NCBI GenBank assembly: GCA_963847185.1
Contig: CAWJYV010000004.1
Span: 1-64,000, forward strand
Length of the DNA: 64,000 nt
From: an uncultured Methanosarcinaceae archaeon
GTDB lineage: Archaea; Halobacteriota; Methanosarcinia; Methanosarcinales; Methanosarcinaceae
Direction: 5' to 3'
The first letter of the stretch is position 1; each line of letters starts with the position of its first letter. The translations under genes and the position numbers were made by a program. The notes beneath the pieces are model-generated. The model had not been told where the DNA came from. It did not search any database and saw only the letters and a program-made list of their open reading frames with translations. Of the stretch, positions 32,363 to 43,367 are shown piece after piece.

Positions 32363-32467
32363 TCAACCTCTTCTTTTCGAAACCTTACTGGCATCCAGTA
32401 AGACCCAGCCAATTAATCCGAAAGCCAGGAGATATATCAGTCCATTTATAACGGTCCACATATCCAT
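32363..32467 (-). CDS. 34-aa single-TM peptide MDMWTVINGLIYLLAFGLIGWVLLDASKVSKRRG
   Basis: GGAGGGG RBS; stop 4 nt before the mtmP ATG; below the ORF-track size cutoff. Confidence 0.65.
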   Translation of the reverse strand: MDMWTVINGLIYLLAFGLIGWVLLDASKVSKRRG

Positions 32468-32580
32468 TTTAATATCCCCTCCGTTTTATCTTGGAGTTAA
32501 CGTCCTGAATTTTTATATCCGGTTCCCTAAGCGTAAAGATCCTCATAACCAGTAATTTTCTTAAAATATTTCGCCTAAGC

Positions 32581-32613
32581 AATAAAAAAATTAACCAGCG
32601 AGAGCCTCGCTGG
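32581..32613 (-). terminator. hairpin plus T-tract after mtmB
   Basis: CCAGCGAG-3nt-CTCGCTGG followed on the minus strand by TTAATTTTTTT. Confidence 0.65.
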
Positions 32614-32656
32614 CTTTCAGGTTACCTCAATATAAATTCAGGCTTATATTTTTAAT

Positions 32657-34033
32657 TTAGAATACAAGTCCGAGGTCTTCGAGCTTCTTTCTTGCCCCAT
32701 CGTAGACCTGCATGTATTCGTCAGTTGGAGTCACTGTCTTTACGTCGTAGCATTCCTGGAAGGTCTTTCCTGCGGGTGCGTTTGCGTAATTCTTCTCGTA
32801 GAGAGCTACGAGTTTGTCAAGGATTACGTTAATCTCTGCAATATCGACACCGGCAGTTGCTCTTGCAACTTCTCCCATCATCCTGGCTTCCATACCAGTT
32901 GTCTTGTCAGTTACGACGCCTTTTGCTGACGCAACACCTGAGAGGATTTCTCTTCCTGATGCAGTGTCAGTAATGGACTGGGCTGAAGCTTCAAGGAGAC
33001 ACATCTCAGTACACGGGCCTGCACATGGGTAGTACTGGTTTCCTGAGAGAATATCTGTGAACTCGGAAATTGTTGCACATGCCCATCCTGCGATTATCAG
33101 GGTTTCCCTGGTGTTGGTTGACCCCCAGCGGATGTGGACAGGACCGTCAAGGTGCCAGCTTGCGCTGCTCATGACAACGGAGTTAATGTGGGTTGCAATG
33201 TCAACGATTGTGGTTTCTTCAATTCCGCCTGCATACCCTCCGAAAATCGGCATCTGTTCATCCATTATAATGTCGCTGTTTCCTTTGTAATGGGCGATAA
33301 CAGCGATTGCATCAAGGTCGATCTTGAGTTCATTGAGTTGAGAGACCTCGTGGCTGTCCGTTGAAGCCATTCCGCCGGCGCAGTCCGCGGAAATGTTTCC
33401 CTGAGCAGACAGGGAAGTCTCTGGGCCCTATATGCCCATGCCTGGGCGGCCTGCCATTGCGCATGCCTGCTTAATCAGGCGGGTTTCTGTCTTTGCGGCA
33501 AGAACCTCATAAGGACTGCCTGGAATAGGAGGCTTTCCACGAACAGAAGTCATGACCCCATCTACGATTGTGTCAACTTCCTTTTCTAGAGCATAGCTCA
33601 TGTGAACAGGCATGAACACATCTTCTGAAATCGGAGAGCCAGTAGGGCCGCCCTGGACGATGGGCTTTCTCCTGTCTCCAACGCTTCTCTTCCTTACGTT
33701 TACTGCTTCTCTGCCTGTACCGAGGGTAAATTCTTTCTGGACATTGTTGATTGCGTCCCAGATTTCAGCTTCAGTGTACTTTACGATCCTGTGTGTGTCG
33801 GTACAGTAAATACCGCAGTCAAGGAGCATCTCGAAGCCTGCATTGAAGAGTTTTTCCATCATATCCCTGTCCGTAGGAATAAACTCTCCTTTGAAGTCAA
33901 GCCCGTACTTATGCTTGAGCTCCATTGCCTTCATTGGGATCTTCATAAGGTCCCAGTCATCCTGGGTGCATTTTTCTCCTACTTTTGCTCTGTCGTAGAA
34001 GTCATAGCAGTCAACTGATTTTCTAAAAGTCAT
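32657..34033 (-). CDS. mtmB: monomethylamine:corrinoid methyltransferase, 458 aa, pyrrolysine at codon 202
   Basis: MTFRKS...AGRPGMGI-TAG(33428-33430)-GPETSLS..., continuing in frame to ARKKLEDLGLVF. Confidence 0.97.
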
Positions 34034-34053
34034 CGTATTTTGCCTCCTCAGGA

Positions 34054-34707
34054 TTATTTCATAACATCGAGTGCAACTTTTGCAGCTTCTGCAGCATTTT
34101 CTGCAGTTGCGTCAGCTCCGATTTCTGTAATCCATTTGTCGGATACCGGAGCTCCTCCGAACATGCACTTTACGCTGTCCCTGAGGTTTTCTTCCCTGAG
34201 CCTGTCCATAAGATCTTTCTGGCCGAGCATTGAGGTGGTCATGAGGGCAGAACCTACCAAAAGCACTTTTTCTCCCTTGTGCTTTGTAGCCTCTTCAACA
34301 ACGGTTTCGTTAAGGACGTCAACTCCAAGGTCAAGGATCTGGAAACCGTTTGCTCCGAGCATGGTAGTGACAAGCCTGTGACCTATGTCGTGAATATCTC
34401 CTTCTGCAACAAAAGTGATCGCAAGCCCAGTTTCATCTCCTTCTTTCCTGTTCTTTTCAAGCTCAGGGGTAAGGACTTCCATTGCATTGCTCATTGCCTT
34501 TCCAGACATCATGATTTGAGGCAGAAATATTTCGGCAGCTTCGAATTTGTCACCGATAATCTTCATTCCAACGGAAAGACCTTTTGTAATAATGTCAATT
34601 GCTGGAATTCCTGCGTCCAGAGCCTCCCTGGCTAACTGCGCAGTGCCTGCAACGTTCTGGTTTACTATCGCGTCGCGTAGTTTATCAAAAATCTCTTGGT
34701 TTGCCAT
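34054..34707 (-). CDS. mtmC: monomethylamine corrinoid protein
   Basis: EGDIHDIGH B12-binding motif, SALMTTSM, FGGAP. Confidence 0.95.
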   Translation of the reverse strand: MANQEIFDKLRDAIVNQNVAGTAQLAREALDAGIPAIDIITKGLSVGMKIIGDKFEAAEIFLPQIMMSGKAMSNAMEVLTPELEKNRKEGDETGLAITFVAEGDIHDIGHRLVTTMLGANGFQILDLGVDVLNETVVEEATKHKGEKVLLVGSALMTTSMLGQKDLMDRLREENLRDSVKCMFGGAPVSDKWITEIGADATAENAAEAAKVALDVMK

Positions 34708-36789
34708 TTTTAAACCTCTTTTGAACTTGCCGTTCTATGGTATCGTTGGGTACAATGTCCATGAAATATCTCAAGTCTGAAATACCTTGGAGTGGACAAA
34801 TTTTCTCGCAAAGGTTTAACGTCTATGTATCAGGCCCAAGCTCCGCTAGCTAAAGAAAAGCATTCGCATGGGGTTCTTACTTTGGTACAAATCCCTGCTG
34901 CCTTATTTCAGCCATCAGGCATAAGGACTTCCTTTACGGGATTTAATTGCCTGTAAAATTATTCACTACTGTGCCATTTCTTGCCTGAATAAAATCCAGG
35001 CTCTTCAAGAGTAATTCTTTTCTCCCGACATTGTTACCTGGGAACATATTTATTGGAAACTGCAAATTTGCCTATTTCCTGGCCGAATTAGCAATTTATA
35101 TCCTAAATTTCCTAACAGAATAACTGCTAGAACTGTATATTTTCAGTTTTTCATCAGAGCTCAGTGAGTCACAGCTTATTTCTACATAGAGCCGATATGA
35201 CTCCAATCACTCTCTGCAAAAATCGTTTTTCAGCCGACAATTTTCAATTTTGTTTTTATTGTAATTTTTATTGCCGTTTATTGTTTTTGATGCCGTCTTT
35301 AACCTCTCCAAATAAATGTTTGTTATTTGTCAAGGTAATTTATTATTGAATTTTTTAATTATCTAATCGGCGATTTATTTATTCCTTTAATAATATATAG
35401 CCCAATCTGGATAGCTCTTTCGAAGGCATTAGGTGATAGAAATAGATCTATGAGAATTCAAGAGCAATGAGATTTTTTTATGGCTTTAAAATTTTCAAAT
35501 GCTTTAAATTACGAATTCAAAATAATCTTTGTATTGTTTCTGTATTCCAAACGCATCGCATTAGCGATACAATATATTAAATAAAAAAATCTTTAAAAAA
35601 TATGAAATAGCAATGAGTTTTTTATATGATATTATCTGGGTTGTGGGTATGAGTTACTGATCAAGTCCGAAAAAGCGAGTACATTTCCCTCATATTGGGA
35701 AAAATGCAAAGAGATTCTTATGCTTGCAGTTTTCAATGACCCATTCCCACCTCTCGAAAAGTTTTCTATTTTTATTACTGGAAGGGTCTGAGGATATCAA
35801 CCAAACAAGATTTTTTTTAACATAACGTCAAAAGCAATCATAATACAGATAAAATCCTAAAATCAAGGGCTAGCTCTTCAGGAGGATGACATTTATACAC
35901 TTGGATATTGGAAAATTTATTGTAGAAGGGATAATACTCTCTTGAACACTTGAGGCCATCGAAAAGGATAGAAAAATACTGAGCAAACTAGAGAAACATG
36001 TGTAATATTGAAATTTAAATTGCTCTAACAAAAAAGACTTATTTGTTGGAGGTATCCGAGGACTATATTCTGATGTCTTAAATACTTATGATCACAATCC
36101 TCGGATGTCTGTATTGTAATGCATTGGTTTTGATTTATAAGCAGCTTAAGAAGGCCGCCTTCTAACTATCAGATGTCCTTTTTCTTTTGCCTCAGGGCTT
36201 TAAAGCTCCGGGTTGCATTCCCACGTGCGATCCGGATAACTTTTCTTCCATGATACATTTTGATTCCTTTCTGGATGCAAATTTTTAAATTCTATTTAAC
36301 TTTTTTGCCACTTTTTAATCCTTTTTTACGTTTAATCGGCTTCTGCCGTTTTTTAATCTATTTTGAAACCCTCTCTTTTGATAGATCTGGGATCTACTCT
36401 AGAAAATTTGCCTTTTCTAGAGGTTTAATTATCTTCCCAGTACCTGATTTATACTATAAATCCAATAATATATAGCCCAACCTATGAGGTTTTTTCAAAT
36501 ATTTCAGGTAAGGGAATAGGCAGTTAGTAAATACTGAAGTAAAAGGTTTTTTCAATGCCGTTAAAATTTTGAGTCTCATAAATTTCCGGTTTAAAAAGTT
36601 GGATTATCAGGTTAAATAGAAGTATTTCTGTGATCAAAAATAAAAAATAGTAAGCAAATAAAGCTAAAGAAGTTAGAAAAGAATATTGAATATTCCTTTA
36701 CTTTAAGGTGGCTCCTCTCATTTAAATTTATTTATTCACAATATAACATAATGTATTAATAAAAGGTTTTTAATATTATAAATTTAGCA

Positions 36790-37575
36790 ATGAGCTCGTC
36801 TTTATGCGATACAATCTGGCTTTCTGAAAAAAGGAAAAACCTTCTCCTTTTGTTAATGGAAGGACCCCGAGACATCGAGCAAATTAAAACTTCTCTCAAT
36901 GTGACTGCAAAAGCTATGATGCCTCAGATCAAGATCCTAAAAAAACAAGAGTTGATCCTTCAGAAAGGGGATATTTATGAACTCTCGGAGATTGGAAAAC
37001 TTGTTGTAGCGAACATGCTACCCCTACTTAACACGCTGGAGGTTATTGAGGAAAACAAAGAATACTGGGCAAGCCGGGATATGAGCACAATCCCTATAGA
37101 GATGTTCCTTCGTCTTGGTGAACTTGGAGAATGTATGGTTATTGAGCCTGACCTAAACCATCTTTTTGACCTTCCAAGAGAATTCACTGAAAACCTCGCA
37201 AAATCTAGGTTCATTATGGGCTCCTTTTCTTATTATCATCCCCTTTATCCCTCTCTTTATTCAAAGCTTGCAAAAAGCGAAGCTGAAGTGGAACTTGTAT
37301 TTACTGAACCCGTTTTCGAGAGACTGAGAAATGATTCCCCTGAAGAACTAAGGTCTCTCTTAAATTCAGAAAATACTGTTGTGGGAGTCTGCACAGAAGA
37401 TCTAAACATTCCCACGATTGCTGTCACAGACCGCTTTATGTATATCTGCCTTTTCGACAAGCATGGGAAATATGATCATAGAAAGGTTATGAGTTTTGAT
37501 GCAAGTGCACTCCACTGGGGTAGAGAGCTTTTCACGCATTACAAAAAATCCCTCAGGGAAGTGAAAGATGTTTAA
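36790..37575 (+). CDS. winged-helix (ArsR-like/DUF1724-type) transcriptional regulator
   Basis: SEKRKNLLLLL.EGP...YELSEIG; ends ALHWGRELFTHY; divergent from mtmC. Confidence 0.85.
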   Translation: MSSSLCDTIWLSEKRKNLLLLLMEGPRDIEQIKTSLNVTAKAMMPQIKILKKQELILQKGDIYELSEIGKLVVANMLPLLNTLEVIEENKEYWASRDMSTIPIEMFLRLGELGECMVIEPDLNHLFDLPREFTENLAKSRFIMGSFSYYHPLYPSLYSKLAKSEAEVELVFTEPVFERLRNDSPEELRSLLNSENTVVGVCTEDLNIPTIAVTDRFMYICLFDKHGKYDHRKVMSFDASALHWGRELFTHYKKSLREVKDV

Positions 37576-37649
37576 CACTCGTGGTTTTTGAAACATGAAA
37601 AGTGACATTTCATCTGAATCTTTTCCTTAACTAATTAGTTGGAGTTAGC

Positions 37650-40274
37650 ATGATAAGGTTCAAACAAGTCCCCCTTAAATCGAAACTGGTCATTTTTACC
37701 GTTGTGGGGATTTTTCTGGTTCTAGTTGCATCTACTGCAGTTATAATAAGCACCGTTACAGCTCAGGAAGAAAGGTTGGCTTACCAGAAGTCTATTGAAA
37801 TGGCTAACAACTACGCAAATCAGTTTGATTCAAGAATGAAGGCAAATCAGGCCGTTGCAAGTACGCTTGCTCTAACAATGGCCAAGTATGAAGCCTCTGA
37901 CCGAAAAGAGGTAATGGGTATCCTGAAAAACGTTCTTCAAAAAAATCCTAATCTAATAGGCGTCTATGTAGGATATGAGCCTGATATTTTTGATGGCAGG
38001 GATGTCGAATATATAAATACTTCTGGACACGATGCAACCGGCAGATTTGTGCCTTATTGCAATATGATTAAAGGATCAATGGTTATTGAACCTTTGGTCA
38101 ATTATGATTCTTCTGACTATTACCAGCTACCAAAAACTACAGGCAGGGACGTGCTGACTGAACCATACTTTTATGAGGGAATATTCATGGTGAGCTATGA
38201 CTCTCCCATTTTTAAAGATGGAAAATTCGCAGGAATAGCAGGTGTTGATGTTCCCCTTGAATATGTGGACGAAAGCACAAGCAAAATCAAAGCTTTCGAT
38301 ACAGGGTACGCCTTTATGGTAAGCAATACCGGGATCTTACTTTCTCATCCTACACAGAAAGATTGGATTGGGAAAAAAAGCCTTGCTGATTTTGATATTG
38401 AAGAAGTTAAAAGGGCTGCAAGTGATATCCAAAAAGGGATCGGAGGAAATATAGAAGTTAAAGATCCTACTACGGATAAGAACGTTATTATGTTTTATGA
38501 GCCCGTTAAAACAGGGAATTTTTCCTTTGTTCTGGTCGTTCCAAAAGAAGAAATGTTTGCCGGAGTAACTGACCTTCGAAACAGGTTACTGATAATCTCG
38601 GCAATATCTATTCTGTTTATGGCTGCTCTGGCTTACATGATTGCCCGTTCTATTACAAGGCCTATAGATGAAATTGTTGAAGATTTTAAGAGTATCGCCC
38701 ACTATGCTGTTAAAGGCAAGCTTGACGTCCGGGCAAAGACAGACGTGGAAATTGATTTTCGGGAAATTCCGACAGGTCTTAATGAAATACTTAAGGCCGT
38801 AATTGTTCCTGTTCGGGAGACCAGAAGGGTTACAAATGCCCTTGCTAAAGGGAAGTTAAAAGAACGAGTAAAAGTGAATATGCAGGGAGAATTCAAGGAA
38901 CTTGGAGATACCCTTGATGCTTTCTCTGAAACTCTCAATATGATTATCGATGATTCAAACGCTGTGCTTACTGCCTTTCAAAATAATGATTTCAAGCGTG
39001 AAATCCTTGTACACGGACAGGGTGATTTTAAATCCCTTACGGATGGGATTGAAGAAACAAGAAAGGTACTTGACACGGTTACAGCTCAAAGGAGAGCAGC
39101 GGAAAAGGCTCTTCTGGAGTATGCATTGGAACTTGAACATTCTAACAAGTTAAAAGAAGATATGGAGAGAATAATCAATAACAGCCCAGTAATCGTCTTT
39201 TTGTGGAAATATGAGCCTAAATGGCCTGCTGAATTTGTGTCTGAAAATATTACAAGGCTTGGGTACGAAGCAGAAGATTTTACCTCAAAAAGGATTGTCT
39301 ATGGAGACATAGTGCATCCCGAAGATCTAAAAAAGATGCATGAAGAGCTTTCCAGAAATGTAGATTCAGGCTGTGATGTCTATACTTCGGAATACAGGGT
39401 ATATACCAAATCTGGAGAGATCCGCTGGGTTGATGAGAGGACTTTTATTCAGAGAGATGAAAAAGGTGAGATTCACCTTCAGGGTATTATTCTTGATATT
39501 ACGGAACACAAAAAAGCTGAAGAAGCTCTACTGCAGATAGAGGAAATACACAAAAAAGAAATCCATCACAGAATCAAAAACAACTTGCAGGTAATTTCAA
39601 CTCTGCTGTATCTTGAGTCCGGGAATTTCTCAGAAAGAAAGGTAGTGGAAGCTTTCAAAGACAGCCAGCACAGAGTTAAATCAATGGCTCTTATACATGA
39701 AAAGCTCTACCAGTCTGTAGATATGGTAAGTGTGGACTTTGCAGATTACATAAAGAATCTTGCCGATTATCTCCTCCATTCATATGCCACAGGTAACGGG
39801 AAAGTCAACTTGAAACTCGATGTTGACAACATTTTCCTGGGAATGGATACGGCAGTTCCTCTAGGAATAATAATCAATGAACTTGTTTCAAACGCCCTTA
39901 AACATGCTTTTTCCAAAGATGAAGACGGAGAGGTCTTCATCCAACTATATCGGAACTGTAGAGTTCAACCTGAAAAAGTAGAAAAATATAAAAATGCAGA
40001 AGATCAAGTGCCTAGGGACGGAAATATTGATTCTACTGTTTCTGGAAATATTGTACCGAAAGATAAAATAGTAGAGGATAGGCTAACTCTGATTGTAAGG
40101 GATAATGGTAAAGGTTTTCCAAAAGACTTGGACTTCAAAGACACTGATTCCCTCGGGCTGCAGCTGGTGACTGCGCTTGTAGACCAGATTAATGGAATTA
40201 TGAAACTCAACGCAGGCAACGGAACTGAGTTTAAAATTGTCTTTCAGGAACTGAAGTACAAAAAAAAGGTGTAA
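37650..40274 (+). CDS. membrane histidine kinase: TM-dCache-TM-HAMP-PAS-HisKA_2
   Basis: GRFVPY, DYY, TEPY, GIAGVD, ITRPI, EIHHRIKNNLQ, DNGKG. Confidence 0.92.
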   Translation: MIRFKQVPLKSKLVIFTVVGIFLVLVASTAVIISTVTAQEERLAYQKSIEMANNYANQFDSRMKANQAVASTLALTMAKYEASDRKEVMGILKNVLQKNPNLIGVYVGYEPDIFDGRDVEYINTSGHDATGRFVPYCNMIKGSMVIEPLVNYDSSDYYQLPKTTGRDVLTEPYFYEGIFMVSYDSPIFKDGKFAGIAGVDVPLEYVDESTSKIKAFDTGYAFMVSNTGILLSHPTQKDWIGKKSLADFDIEEVKRAASDIQKGIGGNIEVKDPTTDKNVIMFYEPVKTGNFSFVLVVPKEEMFAGVTDLRNRLLIISAISILFMAALAYMIARSITRPIDEIVEDFKSIAHYAVKGKLDVRAKTDVEIDFREIPTGLNEILKAVIVPVRETRRVTNALAKGKLKERVKVNMQGEFKELGDTLDAFSETLNMIIDDSNAVLTAFQNNDFKREILVHGQGDFKSLTDGIEETRKVLDTVTAQRRAAEKALLEYALELEHSNKLKEDMERIINNSPVIVFLWKYEPKWPAEFVSENITRLGYEAEDFTSKRIVYGDIVHPEDLKKMHEELSRNVDSGCDVYTSEYRVYTKSGEIRWVDERTFIQRDEKGEIHLQGIILDITEHKKAEEALLQIEEIHKKEIHHRIKNNLQVISTLLYLESGNFSERKVVEAFKDSQHRVKSMALIHEKLYQSVDMVSVDFADYIKNLADYLLHSYATGNGKVNLKLDVDNIFLGMDTAVPLGIIINELVSNALKHAFSKDEDGEVFIQLYRNCRVQPEKVEKYKNAEDQVPRDGNIDSTVSGNIVPKDKIVEDRLTLIVRDNGKGFPKDLDFKDTDSLGLQLVTALVDQINGIMKLNAGNGTEFKIVFQELKYKKKV

Positions 40275-40277
40275 GGG

Positions 40278-40688
40278 ATGGCAGAAGGACGAATTCTAAT
40301 TGTTGAAGATGAACATATAGTTGCAATGGGAATAAAGCGGATGTTAAAAGGCCTTGGATATACAGTTACAGGTATTGCATCCTCGGGAGACGATGCTATT
40401 GGCAAAGCTGAAAGTACTTTTCCTGACCTGGTGCTGATGGATGTTATGCTTAAAGGGGACATGGACGGTGTAGAAGCTGCAAAAGAAATAAAAAAGCTTT
40501 TTGGCATTCCTGTTGTTTACCTGACCGCATATTCTGATAGCAACGTTCTCGAAAGAGCCAAAAAGACCGGGCCGCTTGGTTATATTATAAAACCCTTTGA
40601 TGAAAAAGATCTGCACAGTAATATTGAAATAGCCCTTCACAGGTATAGAACAGAAAAAAAAACACCTGCTGAAACAGGTGAAGAATAA
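40278..40688 (+). CDS. single-domain response regulator
   Basis: ILIVED, LMD, YLTA, KPF. Confidence 0.92.
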   Translation: MAEGRILIVEDEHIVAMGIKRMLKGLGYTVTGIASSGDDAIGKAESTFPDLVLMDVMLKGDMDGVEAAKEIKKLFGIPVVYLTAYSDSNVLERAKKTGPLGYIIKPFDEKDLHSNIEIALHRYRTEKKTPAETGEE

Positions 40689-41275
40689 ATACAATTTCAA
40701 TCAGCATTTTAATAATCGTTTTCCAGGTTTCAGCTTCTTTCTATTTCCTTTATATTTATGTAAATTTCTTTTTGTCTTTAATTTATCCAAGATTTCTGGT
40801 AAATTTGATGTTCATTACTGGATTTGCTTTTTTAGACTACTCTGATATTATTAAAATATTTAATTGGATTAAAATATCCAATGAATATTTCCACGTCAAC
40901 TTTCGAAGGTAAAGGATGGTCTCCTTTGAAAATCTTTTTTCTATTGAATTTATTCTCTAGAGAAGGTTATATAGATCTATATTTATAGAATTTTTATGTA
41001 AGAAATTTTCTGACTCCATTTTTATCTATTTTCCATAATTTTAGAAATATAGGCTATACAAAGGTAAATATGTGTATTTTTGAACATAAAGCTTGATATA
41101 TAAGTTGGTAAGGAACTGACATGGAAATAATATAGAGCAAGAAAGAAATATAGACAGAATGATAGAAAGGCAGTACGGATTTAAGATAACATAGAAACAA
41201 AAGGGCTATCAAAACAGCAAATCAATATCAAAAAATGAGTTCTCTGTAGCTTAATATGAAAAATTTAGGTGCAGT

Positions 41276-41749
41276 ATGTCAGAAAGACGAGTTTTGATTG
41301 TTGAGGACGAGCTCATTGTAGCAATGGGGATAGAACGAATGCTAATAACTTTGGGGCATAAAGTTGCAGGTATTGCCTCTTCAGGAGAAGAGGCTATAAG
41401 GAAGACTGAGATTACCTTTCCTGACATTATATTGATGGATATTATGTTGAAGGGTGATATGAATGGTATAGAAGCAGCAAAAGAAATTAAAGTTCATTTT
41501 GACATTTCGATAGTTTATCTCACCGCCTGCTCTGAAAATCAAATTGTTGAGAATGCTTGGAAAACTAATCCTTCAGGATATATTGTAAAGCCCTTCGATG
41601 AGAATGACCTTCAGAAAAGTATTGATGTAGCTCTTCGAGGGTACAGGATGAAAAAAGATATAGAGAAAGATTCCGAAAAAAAGGAAAGGAATCCTGAAAA
41701 AATCCGGAATCTCCTCGCTACTCAGATGGGAGTGAAAAACTCAGATTGA
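41276..41749 (+). CDS. single-domain response regulator (paralog of 40278)
   Basis: VLIVED, LMD, YLTA, KPF. Confidence 0.9.
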   Translation: MSERRVLIVEDELIVAMGIERMLITLGHKVAGIASSGEEAIRKTEITFPDIILMDIMLKGDMNGIEAAKEIKVHFDISIVYLTACSENQIVENAWKTNPSGYIVKPFDENDLQKSIDVALRGYRMKKDIEKDSEKKERNPEKIRNLLATQMGVKNSD

Positions 41750-41878
41750 GCCCAAGATTTTTTCAAAATGAGCTTTTCAATTCCTCTTCTAGGGTTTGTG
41801 AAATCGCTTTAAGGGCTTTTATTCATTCAAATGTATACAGTTTATTGTGCAATAGAACTGGCTATAGCATAGGAAAAT

Positions 41879-41906
41879 TAAGTCCTATAGGACTTACGCG
41901 GTTGAA
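41879..41906. repeat. abutted IS701-type termini
   Basis: TAAGTCCTA|TAGGACTTACGCGGTTGAA; the right-hand 19 bp are identical to the IS701 end. Confidence 0.65.
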
Positions 41907-42646
41907 CTGAATAATCAACAGCCTCAAACTTCCATGACCCTGTTGTAGTATCTACCAGGAAGGAAAAACGCTTTTTTAGTGTTGCTGTATCTGTCACCAA
42001 AGAATCTTTTATTTTTTACAAAGCAGCCTTCAACCAAATTGTATTTATTTTCCATTTCACTGCTCCACTATATTAAATTATGTATAAATATATTAATACT
42101 GTTACACCTTTATGGGATTTTGGTAGGAAAAAAGCATTCAAGTGGCTCATGATCAGTGAAAAAATGGAAGTTTAAAAAACGGGATAATATATTTGGATAA
42201 GAAACTAAGGTCTAGACTTAATACTCTGGAAACGCCCACATAGGAGAAACCTACACCTCCCAAAATGACCTCGAATATTGGCTCTGTATTCCCCCAATCC
42301 AGAACATTACTGAGTCAGGTGTAAATATAATTCCATTTGTGCTTTCTACCCTTAAATGAAGACAGATAGTTTTATATCCCGTATTACACGCCCAAAAAAC
42401 CTCACTATTTTTTTGCTTGCGGTTTTCATAAATGGGGATGTCAAGAAACAAAGATGAATGAAACAAAAATGAATGAATGAAACAAAGACAAATTAAAGGA
42501 TTAACAAACTTAAGGCAAAGATTTTATAATCAAATCAAGTTAACTTGATTTATTCTCAAATATGTTTTTTAAAAAGATACATATAGCAGATATCCCTATT
42601 TAATATATGAGTTAATTTGACCCAATTTTACTGGAGATTGATTCTG

Positions 42647-42829
42647 ATGATCTGGGAATACGATGTAAAAGAAATAAGATTCAATGAGTGGTCAAACACA
42701 AAAGAAGATCTTAATAATCTTGGAGTTGAAGGCTGGGAGCTCATCAAGTTTGTTGACGAGATCGATGAAAACGGTATGATTACAGCTGTTTTTAAGAGAC
42801 CTGTTGATTACGTCGATGCTGCTTTCTAA
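42647..42829 (+). CDS. DUF4177-like small protein
   Basis: WEYDV...LNNLGVEGWELI...VFKRP; GGAG RBS. Confidence 0.8.
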   Translation: MIWEYDVKEIRFNEWSNTKEDLNNLGVEGWELIKFVDEIDENGMITAVFKRPVDYVDAAF

Positions 42830-43367
42830 ACTGTCTTTTCTATTCTTTTTCGAATTATTGTTTCCTACTTATTTTTTGAGCTTATTGTTTTCAGTTAAGC
42901 ATTTCCTTTTTATTGCATTTTATACTGGAAATTGTTTCTATTGTTGATTATAATTTTTCGGCTTTATAACTCAAGTTTGGCAGAGAATACCAATTAGTAC
43001 AGTATTCCTACATAAAAAACGCATTGTATAGAGACCGGAAATATTGGGAAAATGAAAACTGTCAACAATCAAAAGATGTATGATAAAATTTTGAATTGTC
43101 TGAAGAAAAAAGAAGCATGAAGCTCATTTGTATCTTCTATAATTTATGCTTCTATCAAATTAAGGATGCAAATTCATAATTTTGTGATAGGCATCCTCAG
43201 AAAATCGTATATGGATATAATAATAATTATATTTTTAATGTATTATTAAGACAAAATATTATATATCAGAAGATATAACCTTATAAATGTTAAATTTAAT
43301 TTCAATAGTTGATTGAAAAACAATGTTCCCATCCACATTAGTTATTAAAATACGACAAACCCCACTA

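Noticed and set aside
41924-42055. 43-codon minus-strand ORF with GGAG upstream
   Set aside because: No recognisable features; ends next to an IS-end scar.
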